Source of the DNA: a bacterium
GTDB lineage: Bacteria > Actinomycetota > Acidimicrobiia > Spongiisociales > ZC4RG35
NCBI GenBank assembly: GCA_028819345.1
Contig: JAPPLW010000007.1
Span: 16,557-80,556 of the forward strand
DNA length: 64,000 bases
Direction: 5' to 3'
The notes beneath the pieces were generated by a model that saw nothing but the letters and a program-made list of their open reading frames with translations, was not told where the DNA came from and did not search any database. Made by a program: the position numbers and the translations under genes. Numbering within the stretch: the stretch's first letter is position 1; each line of letters starts with the position of its first letter. Positions 8,290 through 16,005 of this stretch are shown one piece after another.

Positions 8290-9561
8290 TTACCGGCGTC
8301 CCAGCATCCTGAAGCGGGTGGGGCGGAACGGCTCGAGGTCGACGGTGGTGTCCTCTGAATCGACGAGTTGGCCGATCAGTTCCCCGGTGATGGCGGCCAT
8401 GGTGAAGCCGAGGTGACCGTGACCGTAGGCGAGGTACACGTTCTTCTGGCGAGGCGATCGGCCGATCACCGGGAGCGAGTCAGGATGGGAAGGCCGGAAG
8501 CTCATCCACTTTTCCGCCCCTTCGGTGTTCATGCCGGGAAAGAGTTCCTGAGCGGCCCGGATCAGCGCATCCGCCCGGCCGTAGTCGGGGGGAGCGCGCA
8601 AGCTCGCCAACTCGTCGGTGCCCGCCAGGAGAAGCCAGCCCGGCACCGGAGTGATCCCCACATGGCGGTCCATGTAGATCAAGGGCCCGCCAAGGGCGAT
8701 GCCAGGGTCGGGAATCCTCACTCCGTAACCGCGTTCCGTGTCGAGAGGTGTGTCGAAGCCCAGGGCGCGTACGAGAGAACGCGACCAGGCGCCCGCGGCG
8801 ATCACCACCCGGGAAGCCCCCAGTCGGCCGCCATCGGTCTCCACCGCCGAAACCCTGTCTCCCTCAATACGGAAACCCCGCACCGTGTGCTCCAGCCATC
8901 GACCTCCGGCCTCTCTGAACCGGGCGGCGACCGCGGCGGTGAAGGCCCGGGGATCGGCGTAGTAGGAGTCACGCACCAGCACGCCCCGGCTGATGCGGCC
9001 CGAAAGGGCGGGGTACAGGGCTGCTACAGCGCGCCGGTCGAGAACCTCAACGTGGATCCCCCTCGCACGGCGCACTTCCAGGCCGTATTGCGCCTTCCTG
9101 AAGGCAGCCTCCGAACCGTAGGCGAGTAGATGACCGCCCGCGAAGAGCCCGGCATCCGGATCCGGCATCGCCAGGAGGTCGGAGTACGCCCGCACCGCCT
9201 GTTTCTGCAAACTGGCAATGGCTACAGACAGCTTTTCCACCCGGCTCGGACGGCTTGCGAGGAGGAACCGAGCCAGCCAGGGAGTCAGTCTCGGTAGGTT
9301 TCGCCATCGGATCGCCAGGGGCGACAGCGGGTCCAGGAGCATCTTCGGCACCGAGCGGACCACCCCCGGCGTGGCGGTGGGAAGGCAATTGCCGATCGAG
9401 AACAACCCGGCGTTGTGCCCGGATGCTCCGTTGCCCGGGGGGCCGCGATCGACAATGGCGACACCGTATCCGTGTCGCTGCAGATGCAGAGCGGAGCAGA
9501 GCCCGATGATTCCTCCACCGACCACTACCACGTCGGCGCCCGAAGAGCGCTTTTTGCTCAC
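8290..9561 (-). CDS. FAD-dependent oxidoreductase (DAO / D-amino-acid dehydrogenase-like)
   Basis: N-terminal dinucleotide fold DVVVVGGGIIGLCSALHLQRHGYGVAIVDRG and DAO-family length. Confidence 0.8.
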   Translation of the reverse strand: MSKKRSSGADVVVVGGGIIGLCSALHLQRHGYGVAIVDRGPPGNGASGHNAGLFSIGNCLPTATPGVVRSVPKMLLDPLSPLAIRWRNLPRLTPWLARFLLASRPSRVEKLSVAIASLQKQAVRAYSDLLAMPDPDAGLFAGGHLLAYGSEAAFRKAQYGLEVRRARGIHVEVLDRRAVAALYPALSGRISRGVLVRDSYYADPRAFTAAVAARFREAGGRWLEHTVRGFRIEGDRVSAVETDGGRLGASRVVIAAGAWSRSLVRALGFDTPLDTERGYGVRIPDPGIALGGPLIYMDRHVGITPVPGWLLLAGTDELASLRAPPDYGRADALIRAAQELFPGMNTEGAEKWMSFRPSHPDSLPVIGRSPRQKNVYLAYGHGHLGFTMAAITGELIGQLVDSEDTTVDLEPFRPTRFRMLGRR

Positions 9562-9768
9562 AAACCCCCTGACGGGATCGGATACCGGGAGACAGACACG
9601 GTCGATACTAACGAGCGGTCCCGGCGTCCCGACGGGGTGCGGAGACTCCTCCCGGTGCGGGGTTCTTGGCTTGGGGGAGGATGCGAGCCAGGCTCCGGCG
9701 GGGTGGAAAAGGTATACTCAGCGATCCCCCGAAGGTCCTCTAACAACACCCCTGGACGCGGAGGAGCG

Positions 9769-10521
9769 ATGCCCGGCCGTCTGGAAGACAAAGTAGCCAT
9801 AATCACCGGTGGCGCCACCGGCATGGGTCGAGCCGCCGCAATCCTCTTCGCCGGGGAGGGCGCCAAGGTGACGGTGGCGGATCGCAACGTACCCGAGGGG
9901 CGGAGCACGGTGGCCATGGTTGGGGAGGCCGGTGGCGAAACCCTATTCGTCGAGACGGACGTCTCCAAGGCCGAACAGGTGAGCAACATGGTGGACCAGA
10001 CGCTGGAGCGTTTCGGGAAGCTGGACGTATTGGTGAACAACGCGGGGATTCTCATCCGAACGCCGCCACTGGCGGAAGTGTCCGAGTTGGTCTGGAACCT
10101 GACCCTCGACACCAATATTCGCGGAGTGTTTCTCTGCACCAAGTACGCCATCCCCCACATGGTGGGCCGAGGGGGGTCGATCGTCAATGTGTCTTCGGGC
10201 GCCGGCATTCACCCCACCACCCACGCCGTGCCGTACGGTGTCAGCAAGGCCGGGGTCATCCAACTCACATTGACCACCAGCTCCCAGTACGCCCCGGATG
10301 GGGTGCGGTGCAACGTCATCGTGCCCGGGCCCATCGACACCCCACAGGCCCGGGGGAGCACCGGGAGCGCCGAGGAGTTCGCTCTGATCCCCTCGCGGGT
10401 GGCGCTGGGGCGGGCGGGTACTCCCCGGGACATCGCCAACCTCATGCTGTTCCTGGCCTCCGACGAGTCGTCCTTCATCAGCGGCGCCGCCATCCAGATC
10501 CACGGCGGCGGCCAGGTGTAG
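9769..10521 (+). CDS. SDR-family oxidoreductase
   Basis: GGAGGAG SD, then ATG 9769. Cofactor motif ITGGATGMGRA. NNAG, the catalytic S...YxxxK (YGVSKAG) and PGPIDTP are present. Confidence 0.85.
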   Translation: MPGRLEDKVAIITGGATGMGRAAAILFAGEGAKVTVADRNVPEGRSTVAMVGEAGGETLFVETDVSKAEQVSNMVDQTLERFGKLDVLVNNAGILIRTPPLAEVSELVWNLTLDTNIRGVFLCTKYAIPHMVGRGGSIVNVSSGAGIHPTTHAVPYGVSKAGVIQLTLTTSSQYAPDGVRCNVIVPGPIDTPQARGSTGSAEEFALIPSRVALGRAGTPRDIANLMLFLASDESSFISGAAIQIHGGGQV

Positions 10522-10542
10522 GACCGAGAAGGGAGAGAGAAG

Positions 10543-10773
10543 ATGTCCCAGCAGGCCCTCCGGGAGATCATCGACCGGGCAGTCGCCGACTACGGGTTCC
10601 GGCTGGCCGTCATGTGGGGAACAGACGACGTGATAGCGGGGTCGGGCCTCACCTCCGGGGAGGGTGACTTCCTTCGGGACCTGGTCGTTCCGGAACTGAA
10701 GAATCTCCCCAACCCGGTCGAGCCCGCCGACCATGCCGCGGTGCAGGAGCGCCTGGCCAACCTGGCGTCCTGA
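10543..10773 (+). CDS. small hypothetical protein (LigA-subunit / NHLP-like helical pattern, tentative)
   Basis: 76-aa ORF preceded by GAAGGGAGAGAGAAG and located 21 nt after the SDR stop. Family assignment is only pattern-level. Confidence 0.5.
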   Translation: MSQQALREIIDRAVADYGFRLAVMWGTDDVIAGSGLTSGEGDFLRDLVVPELKNLPNPVEPADHAAVQERLANLAS

Positions 10774-10907
10774 GCGTTTGCCGTTTCAACCCCTGAACGC
10801 TCCTTGCCTGTCGGCGTTGGCGCCTCGAGAGTGAGGACCGGTAGCGGGCACGCTGCTCCGAATATTCCGGTGGCTCAACTGCGTCCCCTCGCCTAAGTTG
10901 GGAGGAG

Positions 10908-12065
10908 ATGAAAGCGAAGACTTCGCTGTGGTTGGCGGGGACAATGGTCGGGTTGATGGCTGCCGCCGGTTGCCAGGGAGAAGACGGGCCATCCGGCGGG
11001 GCCCTCGAAATACCTTCGGGCCGGGAACCCGATGCGTCGGTGGCCGGCACGGTCACCTACGGGGAGCGTCTGGAGCTCACCCCTGAGGCAACGTTGGTGG
11101 TGGAGTTGCGGGACGTCTCCTATGCCGACGGACCCGCACCTCTCATCGCCCGCCAGACCATTGTCGGACCGGGCCAGGTTCCCATCAGGTTCGAGGTCCA
11201 CTACAGCCGGGAAGACATCATCTCTCGGAACCGGTACTCGATCAGCGCTGACATAGTCGAGTCCGACGGACGGCTGGCCTTTACCAACGACACGGTTCAT
11301 GGGGTGATCACCCACGGCAATCCCGACCGGGTCGACGTGCTCCTGGTCCTGGTGGAGCCCCCGCCGGACCTCGTGGCGGACCTCGAGGGCGGATCCGACT
11401 GGCGGACCTGGGTGGAGACCCCCGTCGAGGTGATCTGGGCGAACCTCATACCGAACGAACCGGAACACTATTTGAGGATTGCCTATTACCAGTCCACCAT
11501 GGAGGGATGCGCCCGCCCCGGCAACCAGGGGCTGGAGGTGGATGGCAATGACATCATCGCCAGCGTCACGTTGTACCAGCCCCCACCCACCCCCTGGGGA
11601 ATACCCTGCCAAGAGGAAGTCGTGGAACTCGACGCCGTGGAGCCGATCACGGCGGCTCTGCAGCCCGCCCACATCTACCGGGTGGTGGTCAATGGCCGGT
11701 TGACCACCACATTCACATTGCCGGACCCGGAGCTTGGATACACATTCGTGGCCCAGTCGCCCATCGAAGGAGTTGAGGTGTCGGTTTCGGAGAGCGAGCC
11801 GCCCCGGTACGAACTTCGGGTCGTCTCCGGCATGCCGAGAGGCAGTGGCTGCTCGCAGTTCAACGGCTATGAGATCCAACGGCGAGGGACCAACCGGATG
11901 GAGGTGTCAATCACTCACCACGAGGTGTCCGACCCGGATGTTGTCTGCACGGCGGACTATCCCGTTGTGGAAACGATCGTTCCCCTGGGCTCCGACTTCG
12001 AGATGGGTGCCGAATACATCGTTGCCGTGAACTCGGAAATGGTTGCTTCCTTCGTAACCCGATAG
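10908..12065 (+). CDS. lipoprotein with N-terminal YbaY/YscW-like domain and duplicated Cys-pair C-terminal modules
   Basis: Signal peptide with lipobox (LMAAAGC). GTVTYGERLELTPEATLVVELRDVSYADGPAPLIARQTI...IPIRFEV...YSISADI..DGRLAFTND matches the YbaY pattern. Confidence 0.75.
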   Translation: MKAKTSLWLAGTMVGLMAAAGCQGEDGPSGGALEIPSGREPDASVAGTVTYGERLELTPEATLVVELRDVSYADGPAPLIARQTIVGPGQVPIRFEVHYSREDIISRNRYSISADIVESDGRLAFTNDTVHGVITHGNPDRVDVLLVLVEPPPDLVADLEGGSDWRTWVETPVEVIWANLIPNEPEHYLRIAYYQSTMEGCARPGNQGLEVDGNDIIASVTLYQPPPTPWGIPCQEEVVELDAVEPITAALQPAHIYRVVVNGRLTTTFTLPDPELGYTFVAQSPIEGVEVSVSESEPPRYELRVVSGMPRGSGCSQFNGYEIQRRGTNRMEVSITHHEVSDPDVVCTADYPVVETIVPLGSDFEMGAEYIVAVNSEMVASFVTR

Positions 12066-12100
12066 CAGCGGTTGGCATCCGAGTCGCCAATTGCAGATAC

Positions 12101-12135
12101 GGATGGTTTGCATCGTAAATAGGGATGGTTTGCAT
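12101..12135 (+). promoter_or_regulatory. perfect 13-bp direct repeat GGATGGTTTGCAT x2 (22-bp period) upstream of the His/Cys-rich gene; TACAAT at 12151-12156
   Basis: Copies at 12101-12113 and 12123-12135. A -10-like TACAAT lies 15 nt downstream of the second copy. Confidence 0.35.
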
Positions 12136-12246
12136 TAGAGACTGATAAGGTACAATGAGAGGAGTTCGGAACGTGCCACTATCGATTCATCGGAGCGGCG
12201 ATGGGCCGAGCCTTACAAGAGAGCCCCAAGTGGGAAGGAGTACTGG

Positions 12247-12465
12247 ATGAGCGTCCACGATCCACACGAGTGTGACGGTCACGAGCACCATGGAGAAGAA
12301 CCTGGGCACGTGCACGACTCGCACGAGTGCGACGATCACGAGCACCATGCAGAGGATCATGAGCACGATGCTCACGAGTGTGACACTCACGAGCATCATG
12401 GGGATGAGCCTGGGCACGTGCACGACTCGCACGAGTGCGACGGTCACGAGCACCACGGACACTAA
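12247..12465 (+). CDS. 72-aa His/Cys/Asp/Glu-rich putative metal-binding mini-protein
   Basis: GGAAGGAG SD. Four HECD-x-HEHH units (HECDGHEHHG, HECDDHEHH, HECDTHEHHG, HECDGHEHHG), with a ~50-bp internal DNA duplication. No signal peptide. A strong terminator follows. Confidence 0.65.
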   Translation: MSVHDPHECDGHEHHGEEPGHVHDSHECDDHEHHAEDHEHDAHECDTHEHHGDEPGHVHDSHECDGHEHHGH

Positions 12466-12485
12466 CTCCCTCTAAAACGCATAGA

Positions 12486-12525
12486 GGCTCCGCTGCTACG
12501 TCAAGCAGCGGAGCCTTTGTGTTTT
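12486..12525. terminator. Rho-independent (bidirectional) terminator between convergent genes
   Basis: 12-bp perfect stem GGCTCCGCTGCT / AGCAGCGGAGCC, 6-nt loop, then TTTGTGTTTT. Confidence 0.75.
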
Positions 12526-12537
12526 AGTCTTACGTTC

Positions 12538-13599
12538 CTATCCGAGAGGCCGCGAGCGGGCGAGGAGGTGGCCGACATGATGGTCTTCGGTACAGCCTTC
12601 CACGGTTTCCTCAACCTGGATCGTGACATGGTCGATCCCGAAGTCTTCATGGGCGATTCTTCGGAGCTCCCGTAACAGCGCCTCGGTGTCGCCCTCGAAG
12701 GAAGGGTCGATCAGCACATGGCCGGTGAGCGCCTCGAGACCCGAGGAGATGGTCCAGACGTGCACGTCGTGTATCAGGGTGACACCTTCGACGTCCTCCA
12801 TTTCACTGCACAGCCGGTATACATCGATGTGATCAGGCACTCCCTCCAGCAGCACCTTGAACACCTTGACGGTGAGACTCCAGGAACTATGGGCGACCAG
12901 CGCCGCGATCAGGACGCTCAGGATCGGATCGATGATCGTCCAGTTCAGCGTGACTATCAGGATGCCGGAAATGACCACCCCTACCGATCCCATCAGGTCC
13001 GCCATCACATGCCGCAAAGCCCCCTCGACGTTCATGCTGTGCTTCGACGATCGGTGCAGCACCCAGGCGGCGGCCACATTGACCAGGAGGCCGAGTATGC
13101 CCACCACCAACATCAGCCCACCTTCGATCTCGGGGACGTCCTGCAACCGGTGATAAGCCTCGAACAACACCCATGCCGCGATCAGCCACAGGCTGAGAGC
13201 ATTGAGCATCGCGGCCAGCACCTCGGCTCGACGATACCCAAAGGTTCTCTCCGCCGAGGGAGGACGTTCCGCCACCTTCATTGCGAATAGGGCCAGTGCG
13301 ATCGAGGCGGCATCGGTGATCATGTGCCCAGCATCCGACAGGAGGGCCAGGCTTCCGGAGAGAATGCCCCCGATCACCTCTGCGAACATGAAGCTGGCGA
13401 TCAGGACAAGGGCGATGACCAGGCTTCGCTTGCTCGCTCCCCGGAGATCGTGTGAGTGGTCGTGACCTCCGTGGCCCGAGTGGTCGTGGCCGGAGTGGTC
13501 GTCATGGCCGTGGCCGGAGTGGTCGTCATGGCCGTGGCCCGAGTGGTCGTGGTGGTCGTGATGCTCACCAACGTGTCTGTCCGAGTGCGAATCGGTCAT
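12538..13599 (-). CDS. czcD: CDF-family Zn/Co/Cd-type efflux transporter (CzcD/ZitB-like) with His-rich N-terminus
   Basis: LALLSDAGHMITDAAS (TM2 HxxxD), RHVMADLMGS (TM5 HxxxD), FGYRRAEVLAA and the C-terminal domain VHDVHVW. N-terminus HHDHHDHSGHGHDDHSGHGHDDHSGHDHSGHGGHDHSH. Confidence 0.9.
   Translation of the reverse strand: MTDSHSDRHVGEHHDHHDHSGHGHDDHSGHGHDDHSGHDHSGHGGHDHSHDLRGASKRSLVIALVLIASFMFAEVIGGILSGSLALLSDAGHMITDAASIALALFAMKVAERPPSAERTFGYRRAEVLAAMLNALSLWLIAAWVLFEAYHRLQDVPEIEGGLMLVVGILGLLVNVAAAWVLHRSSKHSMNVEGALRHVMADLMGSVGVVISGILIVTLNWTIIDPILSVLIAALVAHSSWSLTVKVFKVLLEGVPDHIDVYRLCSEMEDVEGVTLIHDVHVWTISSGLEALTGHVLIDPSFEGDTEALLRELRRIAHEDFGIDHVTIQVEETVEGCTEDHHVGHLLARSRPLG
13464..13556. repeat. 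24-bp-period in-frame tandem repeat encoding the (H/D)HSGHGHD tract of czcD
   Basis: Identical units 13488-13511 and 13512-13535, flanked by diverged copies. Confidence 0.8.
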
Positions 13600-14050
13600 G
13601 GCCTACCGTCCTTTACTGCGCCTCCAGCGTCTCCTAGAAGGCCATCCATGAATGGGCCTTCTTGGCTCTCTGGGGAGACTGGGCTATCAGAATTCTTGAG
13701 ATACTATAACGCGTTGAGATTCCGCCCCCGGTTTTGGCGCCTGCCATTTGATCGGACCGGTCTGCGTTGGAACGGTGGTCGACACGTCGGGGCGCGGCAA
13801 GTCGTCCGTCCCTCCGGTCTCACCAGGCCCTTCTTAACCTTGCAGCCTCCACGGGCGCCAGCACTTCCGGGGTGGATTCGGTCCTGCAGATACTTGGATT
13901 TGAACACAGTCAGGTACCATGGGAGAAAGCGCGATCTACAATCACAACCAACTACGCTACCCCTCCAGCGTGTTGGGCGTTATTATCGTGGGTGGCCAAT
14001 GCGTTCCGCTTCGCGGGGAGAGCAAGCCTCACCCATAGAAAGGAAGTCTC

Positions 14051-14389
14051 ATGGATGTTACCAGTCAGCGCACCGGCGGGGCACTGATTGTCTCGGTCGA
14101 GGGCCGGGTCGACGGCGCCAATGCCCGCAAGTTTCAAAAGGCCGTCGAGAGTGTCATTGACGACGACGACGGTGCCGTGATCCTTGACATGGAAAATTTG
14201 AGTTATATCAGCAGCGCTGGTCTCCGGTCCATCCTTCTCATTGCCAAGGGACTCCAAAAACGCAATTCCCAGTTTGCCGTCTGCTCTCTCCAGGACGCCA
14301 TCGGTGAAGTCTTCAGGATCGTCGGCTTCGACAAAATCGTGACGATCCACTCCTCGCAGGGAGAAGCTGTCTCCGCAATGGGTAGCTGA
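14051..14389 (+). CDS. STAS-domain anti-sigma-factor antagonist (SpoIIAA/RsbV-like)
   Basis: 112 aa. The motif DMENLSYISSAGLRSIL contains the conserved phosphorylatable Ser. AAGGAAG SD. Confidence 0.85.
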   Translation: MDVTSQRTGGALIVSVEGRVDGANARKFQKAVESVIDDDDGAVILDMENLSYISSAGLRSILLIAKGLQKRNSQFAVCSLQDAIGEVFRIVGFDKIVTIHSSQGEAVSAMGS

Positions 14390-14414
14390 GGGCTAAAGAG
14401 GTCAGCACCAATCC

Positions 14415-15575
14415 ATGAACCGACCCTACAAGATCCTGGTGGTGGACGACGAGCCGGATCTTGAGCCGCTCATGCTGCAGCGCATGCGACGCCACATTCG
14501 GGCGGGTCGCTACAGTTTCGTCTTCGCTCGCAACGGCTTGGAGGCGCTTGACCGGTTGAACGAGGACGGGGACATCGACATGGTGCTCTCCGACATCAAC
14601 ATGCCGCAGATGGACGGTCTGACGTTGCTGGAGCAGATCCCCAAGGTAGATCCAAACATCCGCTCCGTCATTATCTCCGCGTACGGAGACATGAAGAACA
14701 TCCGTACCGCCATGAACCGCGGGGCATTCGACTTCGTCACCAAGCCGGTTGACTTCAAGGACCTCCAGATCACCATCGAGCGAACGCTGGCCCACATGAT
14801 GGAGTGGAGAGAGGCGCTCTCCTACCGTGACAAGCTGGTCTCCATTCAGAACGAGTTGGAGGTCGCCAGCAGGATCCAGCAGTCGATCCTGCCGTCGGAG
14901 TTCCCCGACGACCTCCGCTACCAGGTGTACGGCAACATGGAACCTGCCAGGGACGTGGGCGGTGACTTTTTCGACATCATGCTTCTCGATGAGGGCCAGA
15001 TCGGGTTGGCGATCGCCGACGTCTCGGATAAGGGAGTGCCCGCCGCGCTCTTCATGATGTCGTGCCGCACCTTGCTCAAGGGAGTGGCAATAGGTCTTAC
15101 CGAACCCGGCGCGGTGCTGGGTGAAGTCAACGACCTCTTGCACGAGGACAACGAGACCATGCTGTTTGTCACCGTCCTCTATGCCGTCTACAACCCCGCG
15201 ACGGGGGAACTCACCTACGCCAGCGGCGGACACGACCCGCCCCTTCTGATTCGCTCCGATGGGAGTGTCTCTCTCTTACCCCTGACCGACGGCATTGCCC
15301 TGGGAGTGGTACCGGAACTGGAGTACAAGCAGCACAGTATCACTCTTGGCCCAGGGGACACTGTGGTCCTCTACACCGACGGGGTCACGGAAGCGCAGAA
15401 CACCGACGGGTCGGCATTCGAGGTTGATGGGCTTCACCAGATATTCGCCGGCTCCTCGGCCTATCTGAAGGCCCGTGAGGGTACGGACCTGGTTTTCGAG
15501 AAGGTACGGGAATTCATGGGGGAGGCTTCGCAGTTCGACGACATAACCTGCCTGACGCTGCATCGAGACAACTAA
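14415..15575 (+). CDS. response-regulator receiver fused to PP2C (SpoIIE/RsbU-type) Ser phosphatase
   Basis: REC: ILVVDDEPD...MVLSDINMPQMDG...AYGD...KP. PP2C: SRIQQSILP...ARDVGGDFFD...DVSDKGVPAALFM...LYTDGVTE. Confidence 0.9.
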   Translation: MNRPYKILVVDDEPDLEPLMLQRMRRHIRAGRYSFVFARNGLEALDRLNEDGDIDMVLSDINMPQMDGLTLLEQIPKVDPNIRSVIISAYGDMKNIRTAMNRGAFDFVTKPVDFKDLQITIERTLAHMMEWREALSYRDKLVSIQNELEVASRIQQSILPSEFPDDLRYQVYGNMEPARDVGGDFFDIMLLDEGQIGLAIADVSDKGVPAALFMMSCRTLLKGVAIGLTEPGAVLGEVNDLLHEDNETMLFVTVLYAVYNPATGELTYASGGHDPPLLIRSDGSVSLLPLTDGIALGVVPELEYKQHSITLGPGDTVVLYTDGVTEAQNTDGSAFEVDGLHQIFAGSSAYLKAREGTDLVFEKVREFMGEASQFDDITCLTLHRDN

Positions 15576-15585
15576 GGGTGAGCTC

Positions 15586-16005
15586 ATGAACGTATCAACC
15601 TCGATCACGATGCAACCGGACGCCGAGGATCTGGAAAACGTCTTTGCGGCGGTGGAGGAGTTCGCCGAGCGGGCGGAGTGGCCGATGAATCTCGTGTTCC
15701 AGGTGAAGTTGATCCTGGAGGAGATGTCGCTCAACGTCATCAACTACGGCGGTGTGGAGGGTGACGACCCGATAGACATCAAACTGAAGACGGAGGGCGA
15801 CACGGTCACCATCGAGATCAAGGACGTCGGCCAACCCTTCGATCCGATAAAAGACGCACCAGATCCCGACCTCGGCCTGCCACTGGAGCAGCGACCGATC
15901 GGCGGTTTGGGCCTGTACCTGGTGCGCACCATGGTCGACGAGATGCACTACAAGTGGCATGACGGGCGCAACCACCTCACACTGATAACCCGCAGACTTG
16001 CATGA
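15586..16005 (+). CDS. anti-sigma regulatory factor / Ser-Thr protein kinase (RsbW/SpoIIAB-like HATPase)
   Basis: 139 aa. N-box-like EEMSLNVINYG, plus DVGQPFDP and GGLGLYLVRTMVDEM. Confidence 0.8.
   Translation: MNVSTSITMQPDAEDLENVFAAVEEFAERAEWPMNLVFQVKLILEEMSLNVINYGGVEGDDPIDIKLKTEGDTVTIEIKDVGQPFDPIKDAPDPDLGLPLEQRPIGGLGLYLVRTMVDEMHYKWHDGRNHLTLITRRLA

Noticed and set aside
8290-9561. Three DAO-family FAD oxidoreductases in one window (8290..9561, 42006..43181, 53395..54513) as a possible linked pathway
   Set aside because: They are dispersed and have unrelated neighbours. This family is commonly multi-copy in heterotrophs, so there is no evidence of a common system.
12157-12246. Possible metal (NiCo/czcD-type) riboswitch in the ~90-nt leader of the His/Cys-rich gene
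   Set aside because: I could not recognise the conserved junction nucleotides or a convincing four-helix fold by eye. It is left only as something to scan with Rfam.
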